A DNA stretch of 64,000 nucleotides. Origin: a candidate division FCPU426 bacterium (GTDB taxonomy: Bacteria > Oederibacteriota > PGYV01 > Palsa-1178). Both the position numbers and the translations under genes were made by a program. This document shows positions 36,382-46,672 of this stretch, one piece after another (within the stretch, counting starts at the first letter, position 1; every line of letters begins with the position of its first letter). The notes beneath the pieces were generated by a model that worked only from the letters and a program-made list of their open reading frames with translations, did no database searches and was not told the DNA's origin. Where the stretch lies: positions 8,409-72,408 of the forward strand of contig PLPI01000054.1 of assembly GCA_003159495.1 (NCBI GenBank), read 5' to 3'.

Positions 36382-37463
36382 GGGCCATATTTGCGTGCGG
36401 CGGGACCGGCGGCCATATTTATCCGGCAATAGCCGTGGCGGAAGAGCTGTTAAGGTCCGACAAAAACGCCCGGGTGCTTTTTGTGGGGACCATGGACGGC
36501 ATGGAAAACAGGATAGTAAAGGGGCGTGGATTTGATTTTAAGGCTCTTGGGGCCAGGCCCTTAATACGGAAATTTACGGCGGCAAATATAGTAAACGCGT
36601 TTTTTGTGGTGAAGTCGTTCTTTACAGCATTAAAGATTGTCGGCGATTTTAAGCCTGACGCGGTGTTCGGCACCGGGGGATTCGCGTCTTTTCCGGTGGT
36701 GCTTGCCGCCGCGCTCCTTGGAAAAAGGGCCGTGATACACGAACCGAACATGGCGCCCGGGCTGGCCAACATATGGCTTTCCGGTTTTGCGTCGGCTGTA
36801 ACGCTGGGATTCGCCGAAACGAAGAATATTTTCCGGGGCAAAAACGTTTTTGTGACGGGAAATCCGCACAGGGCGAACCTGCTTTTAAAAAGGAAACCCG
36901 GGGCATATAAAAAATTCGGTCTTTCTCCCGGGTTAAAGACGGTGCTCATAATGCCGGGTTCGCGCGCCGCCAGGTCGATAAATGAGGCCTTTGCCGGGGT
37001 TATTACGGGCTTCAAAAAGGAGCTGAAAAAGACCCAGTTCATATGGATGACCGGAAAAGAGGGCTTTGACGCGGCTAAAAAAACGGTAAAAGCTTCAAAG
37101 ACAAGGGCGGCTGTAATGGAATTTGTGGATGACGCGCCGGCGGCGTATTCAATAGCGGACGCCGGTATAATGAGGACCGGCGCCGGCACGCTCACGGAAA
37201 TAGCGGCGGTCAAACTTCCCTGCGTGCTTGTGCCTTACCCGTTCGCAACGGCGAACCACCAGGAAAAGAACGCGGCGGTATTTGAAAAGCTCGGCGCCGC
37301 AGTTGTTATAAAGGACGCGGCGCTTACGCCGCAGGCGCTGTACGCGGGCATTGAAAAGACGCTTGATGCGGGAAAGTCCGCGGCAATGAAAAAGGAACTG
37401 AAAAAGATATACAGCGGCAACAGCGCCGGGAATATTGTAAAAATATTAAAAGGAGATATTTGA
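36378..37463 (+). CDS. murG: UDP-N-acetylglucosamine--N-acetylmuramyl-(pentapeptide) pyrophosphoryl-undecaprenol GlcNAc transferase
   Basis: GGTGGHIYPA motif, GT28 two-domain organisation. Confidence 0.9.
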   Translation: MRAIFACGGTGGHIYPAIAVAEELLRSDKNARVLFVGTMDGMENRIVKGRGFDFKALGARPLIRKFTAANIVNAFFVVKSFFTALKIVGDFKPDAVFGTGGFASFPVVLAAALLGKRAVIHEPNMAPGLANIWLSGFASAVTLGFAETKNIFRGKNVFVTGNPHRANLLLKRKPGAYKKFGLSPGLKTVLIMPGSRAARSINEAFAGVITGFKKELKKTQFIWMTGKEGFDAAKKTVKASKTRAAVMEFVDDAPAAYSIADAGIMRTGAGTLTEIAAVKLPCVLVPYPFATANHQEKNAAVFEKLGAAVVIKDAALTPQALYAGIEKTLDAGKSAAMKKELKKIYSGNSAGNIVKILKGDI

Positions 37464-38827
37464 TGAAAAATGAGGTTAAAAACATACATTTTATAGGCAT
37501 AGGCGGCTCCGGCATGAACGGGCTCGCCGAGATATTTATAAATCTGGGTTATAAAGTGACGGGTTCGGATTTGAAAGAATCCGAAAACACAGGCAGGATA
37601 GCGAAAATTGGCGGAAAAATATTTATCGGGCATAATGAGAAAAATGTAAAAGGGGCGGATATAGCCGTATATTCCAACGCGGTGCCCGAAACAAACCCCG
37701 AGATAACGCGGGCTAGAAAAATGAAAATACCGGTTTTGCCGCGCGCCGTCATGCTTGACGAGGTCATGAGGCTCAAGTACGGTATAGCCATAGCGGGCTC
37801 GCACGGGAAAACAACAACCACTTCCATGCTTGCCACTATATTCATGGAGGCAAAGCTTGACCCCACATACATAGTGGGAGGGGTTGTAAAATCCGGAGGG
37901 GTGCACGCCAGGGCCGGAAAGGGCAGGTATGTGATAGCGGAGGCATGCGAGGCTTTCGGCTCGTTTTTACACCTGAACCCGGTCATAGCCGGAGTCACCA
38001 ACATAGACAATGACCACCTGGATTATTACAAAAAAATGGACGCGCTAAAGGAGGCCTTTGTTAATTTTATCAATAAGGTGCCTTTTTACGGTGCCGCTTA
38101 TCTGAACGGCGATGACGTGAATATCAAATCCGTCAGGGATGAAATATTTGTAAAGGCGGTTTATTTCGGGTTCGACAGGTCAAACGACATTTATGCCGCA
38201 AATGTCCACTTTAAGGGATTCATGCAGAGGTTCACCGTGATATATCACGGGAAAAACCTGGGGGTATTTGAGCTTAATATTCCGGGCAGGCACAACGTCC
38301 AGAACTCCCTTATGGCAATAGCCATAGCAATCGATACCGGGATAAAAACAGCCGTGATAAAACGCGGGCTGAAAAAATTCAAGAATGTAAAGAGGCGCTT
38401 TAACCTTTATAAAATGAAGAATTTTACATTGATAGACGATTACGCGCACCACCCCATGGAAATACTTAAGGTGCTGGAAACCGGAAAGGAAATGACAAAA
38501 GGCGGTGTTATAGCGGTTTTTCAGCCCCATTTGTTTTCGAGGACACAGCAGCTGTACAGGGAATTCGCAAAAGCCCTGTCCACTGCCGATATGGTAATAC
38601 TGGACAAGATATACCCGGCAAGGGAAGCGCCGATTATCGGAGTGACTTCGGCCCTTATTTCCGACGCGATGAAACAATCGGGCTATAAGAATGTTTTTCT
38701 GGAGAACGACTGGGGCTCCATTTCGGAAAGGCTGCGCAGGACGGTAAAAAAAGGCGATATGGTATTTTTAATGGGCGCAGGCAATATTAATGAACTCAGG
38801 GGTGAAATTGAGAAATGGGCAAAGTAA
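37460..38827 (+). CDS. murC: UDP-N-acetylmuramate--L-alanine ligase
   Basis: IHFIGIGGSGMNGLA N-terminal motif, P-loop GSHGKTT. Confidence 0.9.
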   Translation: MMKNEVKNIHFIGIGGSGMNGLAEIFINLGYKVTGSDLKESENTGRIAKIGGKIFIGHNEKNVKGADIAVYSNAVPETNPEITRARKMKIPVLPRAVMLDEVMRLKYGIAIAGSHGKTTTTSMLATIFMEAKLDPTYIVGGVVKSGGVHARAGKGRYVIAEACEAFGSFLHLNPVIAGVTNIDNDHLDYYKKMDALKEAFVNFINKVPFYGAAYLNGDDVNIKSVRDEIFVKAVYFGFDRSNDIYAANVHFKGFMQRFTVIYHGKNLGVFELNIPGRHNVQNSLMAIAIAIDTGIKTAVIKRGLKKFKNVKRRFNLYKMKNFTLIDDYAHHPMEILKVLETGKEMTKGGVIAVFQPHLFSRTQQLYREFAKALSTADMVILDKIYPAREAPIIGVTSALISDAMKQSGYKNVFLENDWGSISERLRRTVKKGDMVFLMGAGNINELRGEIEKWAK

Positions 38828-39726
38828 AAGGCGGATTTTTTGCGGAGCTTAAAAAGAACGGGGTTGAGTTTTACCCCGGATGCGGGATAAAAGAGAGGAC
38901 CACCTTTAAAATCGGCGGTACTGTATACTGCCGTATTTTTGCGAAGCGCCTTGACGAGCTCTCTGCCGCGGTAAAAACCGCAAAAAAATGGGGCAAAAAG
39001 ATATTTGTCATGGGAAGCCTCTCGAACGTGCTCATTACCGATAAAAAGATAAATAAAGTCTTTATAGAACTGGGCGGTGAATTTTATGATATCAGAAAGA
39101 CGGGCCCGTCTTCGGTTTACGCGGGAGCAGGAGCGAAGATTGGCTCCCTTACGGCTTTTGTCATAAAGAACGGACTTGCCGGAATTGAATTTATGGCCGG
39201 TATTCCCGGGACGATGGGCGGCGCCGTGTATATGAATGCCGGGGCATATGGAAAGGGAATAGGCGCGTATATTAAAAAGATTCATTTCATGGACAGGGCG
39301 GGGCAATGCGGAATAATAGAAAATCCGGAAAAGGCGTTTTCTTACAGGCATTCAATATTCCAGGAAAACGGATATATTGTGACCGGAGCCGAACTCGGGC
39401 TAAAAAAAGGTGTTGCCGCCGAAATCAGGAAGGAAATTATGCTTTTGATAAAAACAAGGCACGCAAAGCACCCGTGGAAAGCCTTTTGTGCGGGGAGCTT
39501 TTTTAAAAACTCGCCGGAGTGTCCGGCCGGGAGCCTTATTGAACGGGCCGGTTTAAAGGGCAAAAAGGTGGGAGACGCCATGGTTTCGTTAAAACACGCC
39601 AACTTCCTTATTAATACGGGGAACGCAGGATACGGAGATGTGGTGAAACTCGCTAAAAATGTGAAGCAGACTGTTTATAAGAAGTTCGGCGTAAAACTTG
39701 AAGAGGAAGTAAGGTATATAAAATAA
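38815..39726 (+). CDS. murB: UDP-N-acetylenolpyruvoylglucosamine reductase
   Basis: FAD-binding PCMH-type N-terminal domain and MurB C-terminal domain, 303 aa. Confidence 0.85.
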   Translation: MGKVKGGFFAELKKNGVEFYPGCGIKERTTFKIGGTVYCRIFAKRLDELSAAVKTAKKWGKKIFVMGSLSNVLITDKKINKVFIELGGEFYDIRKTGPSSVYAGAGAKIGSLTAFVIKNGLAGIEFMAGIPGTMGGAVYMNAGAYGKGIGAYIKKIHFMDRAGQCGIIENPEKAFSYRHSIFQENGYIVTGAELGLKKGVAAEIRKEIMLLIKTRHAKHPWKAFCAGSFFKNSPECPAGSLIERAGLKGKKVGDAMVSLKHANFLINTGNAGYGDVVKLAKNVKQTVYKKFGVKLEEEVRYIK

Positions 39727-39778
39727 GCGGGCGTGATGTGTAAAGGCCGCTAAAGAACGTAAAGGAGAACATTTGACT

Positions 39779-40696
39779 ATGGGTAAAAGAAAAGGGAAAA
39801 AACTGCGCATAGGCGTCATAATGGGCGGAATTTCCAGCGAACGCGAAGTTTCGTTAAATAGCGGCGCCGCGATAATCAAAGAATTAAGGGCAAACGGCGA
39901 GAACGTTATTGCCATTGACCTCAAGGAACGTTCCATGGCGAAAATAGAAAAGGCGGACATTGATGTGGCCGTAATAGCGCTTCACGGGACCTGCGGGGAG
40001 GATGGGGCGGTTCAGGGGATGCTTGACTTTCTCGGAATACCCTACACGGGAAGTGATTTGCTTTCGTCCGCTATCGGCATGAACAAGGAAAAGTCAAAGG
40101 TAATCATGGCTTTTCACGGGATACCCACTGCTCCGTGGAAGGTGATGGACAAAAAAAGCGAAATAAATTCGTTAAAATTGGGATATCCGGTTGTTTTTAA
40201 GCCTGTATCCGAGGGGTCTTCGGTAGGCGTGAGCATTGTGAAGGACAAAAAAGAGGCTTTGAAGCTTTTTGACAAAACAAGGAAATTCGGGCCGGTTTTA
40301 GCCGAGAAATTTATAAAGGGAGTTGAAATTACCGCGCCGGTTTTTGACGGAAAGGTGCTGCCGTTGATAGAGATAGTCGCGGCGAACGAGTTTTATGATT
40401 ATGAATCAAAATATACAGAGGGCATGTCGCGCCATATTATTCCGGCACGTATTACCCCGGCCGAGGCAAAACTGGCGCGCAGGACCGCGCTGCTTGTGCA
40501 CGAATACATTGGCTGCAGTGATTATTCGCGCGTCGACATGATAGTGGCCGGCGGCAGAGTATGCGTAATAGAGATTAACACCCTTCCGGGAATGACATCG
40601 CTTTCGCTCTTTCCGGATGCGGCCCGCAGGGCGGGAATCAGTTTTTATGAGTTGATAATGACACTGGTAAATAAAGCAGTGTCAAGGAGCAGATAA
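39779..40696 (+). CDS. ddl: D-alanine--D-alanine ligase
   Basis: ATP-grasp fold, IALHGTCGEDG and GSSVGV motifs. RBS AAGGAG precedes ATG 39779. Confidence 0.9.
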   Translation: MGKRKGKKLRIGVIMGGISSEREVSLNSGAAIIKELRANGENVIAIDLKERSMAKIEKADIDVAVIALHGTCGEDGAVQGMLDFLGIPYTGSDLLSSAIGMNKEKSKVIMAFHGIPTAPWKVMDKKSEINSLKLGYPVVFKPVSEGSSVGVSIVKDKKEALKLFDKTRKFGPVLAEKFIKGVEITAPVFDGKVLPLIEIVAANEFYDYESKYTEGMSRHIIPARITPAEAKLARRTALLVHEYIGCSDYSRVDMIVAGGRVCVIEINTLPGMTSLSLFPDAARRAGISFYELIMTLVNKAVSRSR

Positions 40697-41310
40697 TGAA
40701 AAGTTTTGGAAAAAGATATTCGACGCTCAACACGAGAATGTCGGCCAGAAGCGAGCCGTTATTCAGGCAGTTTCCGGCTGTCGCGCGCAGGCTTTTTCTC
40801 GGGGCCGTGCTTGTAACTATTTTTGCGGCAAGCGTGAACCTGCTGGTCAAATCCGTGATAGGCAAATTTTCATTTTCGATGCCGGAGATAAGCCTGCCCC
40901 GCATCAGCATAATGAATTCGGCGAGGTTCCAGATGATAGGGGCTGAAAAGTGCATAGTCATGAGCGACGGATCGACAAAACCCAGGGACGGGGGCCCGGC
41001 GGCGGATATGTCCACGCTGCCCGTATTGTCAGGGCTGGAGCCCGACGAGCAGAGGCCGGAATATAAGGAAGCGTTAAAAGAGGCGCTCTCTATCGCCCCG
41101 AATTATCTTGAAAAAATATCGGAAGTGAACATAAGCGACCCGAAGAACATGATGATGATATCCATGGACGGGTCGAAAATATTATTCGGCGATTCCGTGA
41201 CGCGGGATAAGCTGGATAATTACATAATCGCCCTGGGAAAAATGAAAGAGCTGGGCAGGGATTTTAAGGTCATGGACCTGCGTTTTTCAGACAGGGTAGT
41301 ATTAAAATAA
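40696..41310 (+). CDS. ftsQ: Cell division protein FtsQ-like
   Basis: Bitopic protein (one TM, periplasmic POTRA-like region) in the canonical slot between ddl and ftsA. Sequence divergent. Confidence 0.5.
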   Translation: MKSFGKRYSTLNTRMSARSEPLFRQFPAVARRLFLGAVLVTIFAASVNLLVKSVIGKFSFSMPEISLPRISIMNSARFQMIGAEKCIVMSDGSTKPRDGGPAADMSTLPVLSGLEPDEQRPEYKEALKEALSIAPNYLEKISEVNISDPKNMMMISMDGSKILFGDSVTRDKLDNYIIALGKMKELGRDFKVMDLRFSDRVVLK

Positions 41311-41325
41311 AAAGGAGAGTCAAAC

Positions 41326-42597
41326 ATGCAGCAGGGGGACGGAAGTATTATAGCGGCTGTTGACATAGGCACGACAAAGGTATGCACCGTTATAGCGGAG
41401 GTGCGTGACGATGAAATAAACGTCGTCGGAGTCGGCTGGACCGAGAACAGCGGCGTTTCCAAGGGAACTATAATCAACATTGCGGAAACCACGGAAGCCA
41501 TTAAAAAGTCAGTTGAAAAAGCCGAGGAGATGGCGAAGGTAAGGATAGACACCGTCCTGGCGTCGATTTCAGGAAAACACATAAACGGAATGAAGGGCCA
41601 CGGCGAGACGGCGCTTTCCAACCAGAGGCAGAAGGAAATAACGGAGGAAGACAAGCACCGGGCCATGGAAGGGGCCACAAGCGTGAGGCTTTCCCATGAC
41701 AGGGAAACACTGCATGTGGTGCCCATACAGTATATAGTTGATACACAGGACGAGATTGAGGATCCTCTTGGAATGACCGGAATGAAACTTGAAGTTGACG
41801 CATACATGATAACGGGCTCGATTACATCCATTGACAATGTAAAAAAAGTCGTTGAACGCGCGGGCTACCACTGCGAGGATATGATACTGCAGGGGCTGGC
41901 TTCATCGCAGGCGGTGCTTTATCCCGATGAAAAGGATGTGGGAGTGCTTTTGCTGGATATAGGCGGAGGCACCACCGATATAGCGCTGTTTTACAGAAAA
42001 TCCCTGAGGTTCGTCAGGGTTATTCCGGTCGGAGGGCAGTTCATAACGAACGACATAGTTCAGGGGCTTCAGACGCCGAAATATGTCGCCGAGGAACTCA
42101 AAAAAAAGTACGGCATGTCTGAAGCCGCGCAGGCGGCGGATCCGGCAGGCGAGTCTGCGGCCCCCGGGGAAATGATCGAGGTTCCGGACATGGGCTCTTC
42201 AAAGGTGGAAAAAGTCGAACGCAGCACCCTGACAAAATTTATAAAGCCGAGGGTACAGGAACTTATCAAGTTCGTCGAGGAAGAACTGAAAAAAGAGGGG
42301 ATAGACCGCTCAATGTATGCCGGGGGCATAGTGTTAACCGGAGGCACGGCGCAGTTGAAGGGAATCGACCGGCTTTTCAAGGAGGAAATGAATTTAAGGG
42401 TGCGTATCGGCGCGCCGCTGAAAGAAAAGATAGTTGGCCTGTATGATATTGTAAGCACCCCGGAATACGCGACTGTAATAGGGCTTATTGAACATTATAT
42501 ACGGGAACACGGCCATGAAAGTTTTACGGGCGGCGGCGGCGGAAGCATGGGCGGCGTATGGAGCTGGCTGAAAAAAAATATTTTCGATAAAATATAA
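41326..42597 (+). CDS. ftsA: Cell division protein FtsA
   Basis: Actin-fold motifs (AVDIGTTKVCTVIAE; LLDIGGGTTDIA), C-terminal amphipathic tail. Confidence 0.9.
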   Translation: MQQGDGSIIAAVDIGTTKVCTVIAEVRDDEINVVGVGWTENSGVSKGTIINIAETTEAIKKSVEKAEEMAKVRIDTVLASISGKHINGMKGHGETALSNQRQKEITEEDKHRAMEGATSVRLSHDRETLHVVPIQYIVDTQDEIEDPLGMTGMKLEVDAYMITGSITSIDNVKKVVERAGYHCEDMILQGLASSQAVLYPDEKDVGVLLLDIGGGTTDIALFYRKSLRFVRVIPVGGQFITNDIVQGLQTPKYVAEELKKKYGMSEAAQAADPAGESAAPGEMIEVPDMGSSKVEKVERSTLTKFIKPRVQELIKFVEEELKKEGIDRSMYAGGIVLTGGTAQLKGIDRLFKEEMNLRVRIGAPLKEKIVGLYDIVSTPEYATVIGLIEHYIREHGHESFTGGGGGSMGGVWSWLKKNIFDKI

Positions 42598-42610
42598 GGG
42601 AGGCGCAAAA

Positions 42611-43735
42611 ATGAGTGAACTCGACGGAAAGTTAAAGTTTGAACTGGCGGAAGCCGGGGATTTTACAGGTACGGGGATAAAGATAAAGGTGATAGGCGTC
42701 GGCGGGTGCGGTTGTAACATCATAAACGACATGACGGAATTCGGCCTTAAAGACGCGGAAATCCTCGCCGTCAACACCGATTTACAGTCGTTAAACAGGG
42801 TCACCGCGGCTGAAAAAATACAGATAGGCTCCAGGCTTACAAAAGGCGGCGGAGCGGGTTCCAATCCGGAAAACGGCGAACGCGCGGCCGAGGAAGACAG
42901 GGACCTGCTGGAAAATAAATTGCGCGGCACCGATATGCTGTTTATCACCTGCGGCGTGGGCGGAGGCACGGGTTCGGGGGCCGCGCCGGTGATCGCGGAT
43001 ATCGCAAGGGGGCTGGATATCCTCACGATTGGGGTCGTCGTTACGCCGACTACAATGGAGCTTCAGACAGAGAAGAAAAGAAAGATTGTCGAACATGCCA
43101 TGTCCAGGCTGAAGGAAAAACTAAATTCGATAATAACAATATCAAACCAGAAGATACTTGATATTTTTGAGGGGGACATGACGCTGCCCCAGGCTTATAA
43201 GGAGGCGAACCGCGCGCTGATAAACATAGTGGACGGCATAGTCTCGATGATAGCCAAACCCGGCATGCAGAATATTGATTTTGAGGATGTCAAGGCGACC
43301 TTAAAACAGAAAGGCGATACTTTTTTGGGCATAGGCCGCGCCAGCGGGACGGACAGGGCAAAAAAGGCCTTTGACAGGGCGCTGAAGAATCCTTTTATAG
43401 GCGATGTTGATGTGCTTGGCGCCAAAGAAATGCTCATCAATTTTGTGGGCAACATAACCGTAGGAGAACTGAAGGAAATAGAAAATTTTAAGAAGTTGAC
43501 CGGGCCGGATGTATCGCTGAAATACGGGTTTGTCTGCGACGAAAGTTTTGAGGATGAAGTGGAGGTTGTAATACTGATGTCCGGCATAAACGCAATGTCC
43601 GCGGAAAAATGCGGCGATGCCGCGCCGGAAAAAGTGGAGAAAACCGCCGAGTTGATTAATTTGAACGTAAAGCAGATGATGGAAAATAATTATGAGAATG
43701 TGGAAATACCGACTTTTCAGCGGTATATAAATTAA
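42611..43735 (+). CDS. ftsZ: Cell division protein FtsZ, with Cys substitutions in the T1 glycine loop
   Basis: GVGGCGCNIIN (T1 loop) and GGGTGSGAAPVIA tubulin signature. Confidence 0.9.
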   Translation: MSELDGKLKFELAEAGDFTGTGIKIKVIGVGGCGCNIINDMTEFGLKDAEILAVNTDLQSLNRVTAAEKIQIGSRLTKGGGAGSNPENGERAAEEDRDLLENKLRGTDMLFITCGVGGGTGSGAAPVIADIARGLDILTIGVVVTPTTMELQTEKKRKIVEHAMSRLKEKLNSIITISNQKILDIFEGDMTLPQAYKEANRALINIVDGIVSMIAKPGMQNIDFEDVKATLKQKGDTFLGIGRASGTDRAKKAFDRALKNPFIGDVDVLGAKEMLINFVGNITVGELKEIENFKKLTGPDVSLKYGFVCDESFEDEVEVVILMSGINAMSAEKCGDAAPEKVEKTAELINLNVKQMMENNYENVEIPTFQRYIN

Positions 43736-43744
43736 GGTGGAAAA

Positions 43745-44941
43745 ATGAAAAAAGTTATTGCGGCGGTTGTGCTGGCAATTTTTGCGGCATTCCCGGCCCT
43801 TGCGGACGTTCCGGCGGCGCTTGACGGGCTCGCCGTCTCCGGAATAACAGCGGAATATGACTGGACCCTTAACAGGGTGGTTTTGAGCAACGGGGAGGAG
43901 AGGGTGGTTGTCATAATTAACTATCCTTATCTGATAAGCGGGGATAAGATGATAAGGCTTGATGCGCCTCCGGTTATAGAAGGCTCCGGGGTTATGATTT
44001 CCGCTTATACCGCCGCCAGGATAAAAGAGGAACTGCCGGAGCGGCCGCAGGCCGTCACCCCGGAAACAATAACAATAAAAGCGGACGCTGCCCCGGAAAA
44101 AACAGCTGTAACGGCCAGGGGAACAACCGGAGAAGTAAAAGCGCAATATTACGCCGCAACGCCCGTGGCGTTAAAAAGGGCGTATACGGCGAAATATAAA
44201 GCAAGGGTAAAAAAATCCAATCCCGCCTCAGTCACGCAGCCCGTAATACCGGCGGCAGCAACGCCCGTAATTGAGGCCAAAGGCGGTAAACCGTTAAGGC
44301 GCAGGCTGGTGGTTATTGATCCGGGACACGGGGGAAAGGATTCCGGCGCGCTGGGACACCACGGGCTCAAGGAAAAAGATGTCGTGCTTGCCGTCGCCCT
44401 TGACGTGAAAAAAGACATGAACGATTATCCGGCCGATGTGCTTATAACAAGGGATACAGATGATTTTATAACGTTAAAAGGCAGGACCGTGTTCGCGAAC
44501 GCGAGAAAGGCCGATATTTTTGTATCCATTCACTGCAATTCATCTCCTGATTCGCAGGTATGCGGGACAAGGACTTATATATATAACAGGGTGGCTTCGT
44601 CAAAAGAAGCCGCAGAGGCGGCCAGATATGAAAACGGGCAGGAGGGAAGTTTTGAGTTCCTGATGAATGACCTGAGAAAAAGCGCGTATGAATACCTTTC
44701 AATCGAACTGGCCGGGAATATCCAGCACGCCATGAGCGATGAACTGAAATTTAAATGGATGCCGGCGGCAAGGGCCCCTTTTTATGTTCTTGCAAATACG
44801 GACATGCCGGCCGTGCTTGTGGAAACAGCCTTTATTTCAAACAATATGGAAGAACAGGAAATGGAAACACCCGGTTTCAGGGACAAAATTGCAGACGGCA
44901 TCGCAAAAGGAATAGAGGAATACTTTGCAAAGATACAGTGA
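43745..44941 (+). CDS. N-acetylmuramoyl-L-alanine amidase (AmiC-like) with an N-terminal targeting domain
   Basis: Signal peptide, Amidase_3 motifs (VIDPGHGGKDSGA ... IHCNSS). Confidence 0.8.
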   Translation: MKKVIAAVVLAIFAAFPALADVPAALDGLAVSGITAEYDWTLNRVVLSNGEERVVVIINYPYLISGDKMIRLDAPPVIEGSGVMISAYTAARIKEELPERPQAVTPETITIKADAAPEKTAVTARGTTGEVKAQYYAATPVALKRAYTAKYKARVKKSNPASVTQPVIPAAATPVIEAKGGKPLRRRLVVIDPGHGGKDSGALGHHGLKEKDVVLAVALDVKKDMNDYPADVLITRDTDDFITLKGRTVFANARKADIFVSIHCNSSPDSQVCGTRTYIYNRVASSKEAAEAARYENGQEGSFEFLMNDLRKSAYEYLSIELAGNIQHAMSDELKFKWMPAARAPFYVLANTDMPAVLVETAFISNNMEEQEMETPGFRDKIADGIAKGIEEYFAKIQ

Positions 44942-44947
44942 TACACA

Positions 44948-45808
44948 TTGAAGAACACGCTGCCCGCCGGATTTAAAATTATTAAAAAAATGGGGCTCCC
45001 GCTTATATGTTGCGAAGCCATTTCAAAAATCCCGGGGTTTACACAGGTCTTTACCACCCGCGCGGGAGGCGTAAGTAAAAAGCCCTTTGATTCGCTTAAT
45101 GTCGGCGTTCATACCGGGGATAATTTTAAAAAAGCCGTTATAAACATATCAAGGCTTGAAAAAAGCCTGGCAATAAAATACGCGGGAGCCGCAAGACAGG
45201 TGCATGGCAGTGATGTTATAATATTGAAGAACCGCGCGTTAAAATTCACAGGCGCTGAAATCAGGAAAATGACGGATGTTGAAGCCGATGCCCTTATTAC
45301 AGACATACCCGGGCTTGCTGTCGGAGTAAGGCTTGCCGACTGCGCCGGGACGGTCATAATAGATCCGGTAAAAAAAACCGTGGCAGCGGTGCATTCCGGA
45401 TGGCGCGGCATTGCGAATAAGATACCGGCAAAAACCGTAAAAATGATGAAAAAACATTTTGGCTCCAAACCCGCTGATTTAACAGCCTCTGTTTCGCCGG
45501 CGATAGGGCCGTGTTGTTACGAAATCGGCGCCGATGTCCTGAAATTGAAAAAACAGAAAGTGTTTCGAGGGATTTTTACGAAAAAAAACGGCCGTAATTA
45601 TATGAACCTGTGGAAAGGCGTAAAAAATCTCCTTGTAAATGAGGGGATAAAACCCAATAATATTCATATTTGTTCCATGTGCACATATGACAACCCGGAA
45701 CTCTTTTATTCGCACAGGCGCGATAAGGGAAAAACCGGACGCATGATGGCTCTTGGATTTTTCAAAAAAAAAGCAGGCATAAAAAAGGCGGAGGAACACC
45801 ATGGCTGA
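44948..45808 (+). CDS. pgeF: Peptidoglycan editing factor PgeF (YfiH/DUF152 laccase-domain protein)
   Basis: FTTRAGGVS, ADCAG and HSGWRG motifs. Start may be the internal Met at 44990. Confidence 0.75.
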   Translation: MKNTLPAGFKIIKKMGLPLICCEAISKIPGFTQVFTTRAGGVSKKPFDSLNVGVHTGDNFKKAVINISRLEKSLAIKYAGAARQVHGSDVIILKNRALKFTGAEIRKMTDVEADALITDIPGLAVGVRLADCAGTVIIDPVKKTVAAVHSGWRGIANKIPAKTVKMMKKHFGSKPADLTASVSPAIGPCCYEIGADVLKLKKQKVFRGIFTKKNGRNYMNLWKGVKNLLVNEGIKPNNIHICSMCTYDNPELFYSHRRDKGKTGRMMALGFFKKKAGIKKAEEHHG

Positions 45809-46601
45809 TGATATGCAAAGCGGCTCTGACAGGGATGCAATTGACAGAAAACTGGGCGACGAGTGGAGCGAATGGGCGGGAGACCTTTCAAAATATGAAA
45901 AACAGATAAATGAAGGAAAGGCGCTTTTCCTGACATATTATTTTGCGGCGCTTTTTGCCGTAACGGCCGTTTCGATGGCCGTTTATTATATGATATCGCC
46001 AAGGCTCTACGGTTTCAGCCCGGCTCTTGACGCTGTAGTGATGTGGGCCGTGGCGGGTGTGTTTACAGCCGTATTTGTATGGTCGCTGATGCTTTTTATA
46101 ACCGTGGTTACCGGCAGAAATATCATGCTCGCGTTTAAAAGCGAAGGGCTGCATGTTGAATGGCTCTATCCGGCGGTATTTAAAATAGCGGCTGTGTTCG
46201 GAATATCAAGGGACAGGGTCGGGAACTCGCTTGTAAAGGTAAATAACGCGCTGATATTCGCCACAAAAAAAAGGTTTTCCGCGTCAAACCTGCTCGTACT
46301 GCTCCCCAGGTGCCTTGATCCTGAAATGAGGCTGAAAGTCGCGGAAGTAACAAAAAAATATTCGTGCCGTGTATTTACCGCGACGGGCGGGTCGTCGGCA
46401 AGGCAGATGGTGAAAAAAATCAGGCCGGACGCGATAATAGGCGTGGCGTGCGAACGGGACCTGGTGGCTGGAATGTCAGATTCCCCCAAAGTAATACCCA
46501 TAATAGCGATAACAAACATAAGGCCGCACGGGCCGTGCAAGGATACGGTGATAGATGTTGATGAACTTGAAAATGCGATCAGGTTCCTTGTAAAAAATTG
46601 A
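45801..46601 (+). CDS. Hypothetical membrane protein (possibly DUF116-like) at the end of the dcw cluster
   Basis: Three TM helices, C-terminal soluble domain with a Cys pair. Overlaps the pgeF stop. Confidence 0.4.
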   Translation: MADDMQSGSDRDAIDRKLGDEWSEWAGDLSKYEKQINEGKALFLTYYFAALFAVTAVSMAVYYMISPRLYGFSPALDAVVMWAVAGVFTAVFVWSLMLFITVVTGRNIMLAFKSEGLHVEWLYPAVFKIAAVFGISRDRVGNSLVKVNNALIFATKKRFSASNLLVLLPRCLDPEMRLKVAEVTKKYSCRVFTATGGSSARQMVKKIRPDAIIGVACERDLVAGMSDSPKVIPIIAITNIRPHGPCKDTVIDVDELENAIRFLVKN

Positions 46602-46672
46602 GCAAAGTTGGTACTGCCGGATCAGGTAATGTTAGCGGGGTTTTCCGCCAGTGCCAAAGTTAATCCGGGTGG

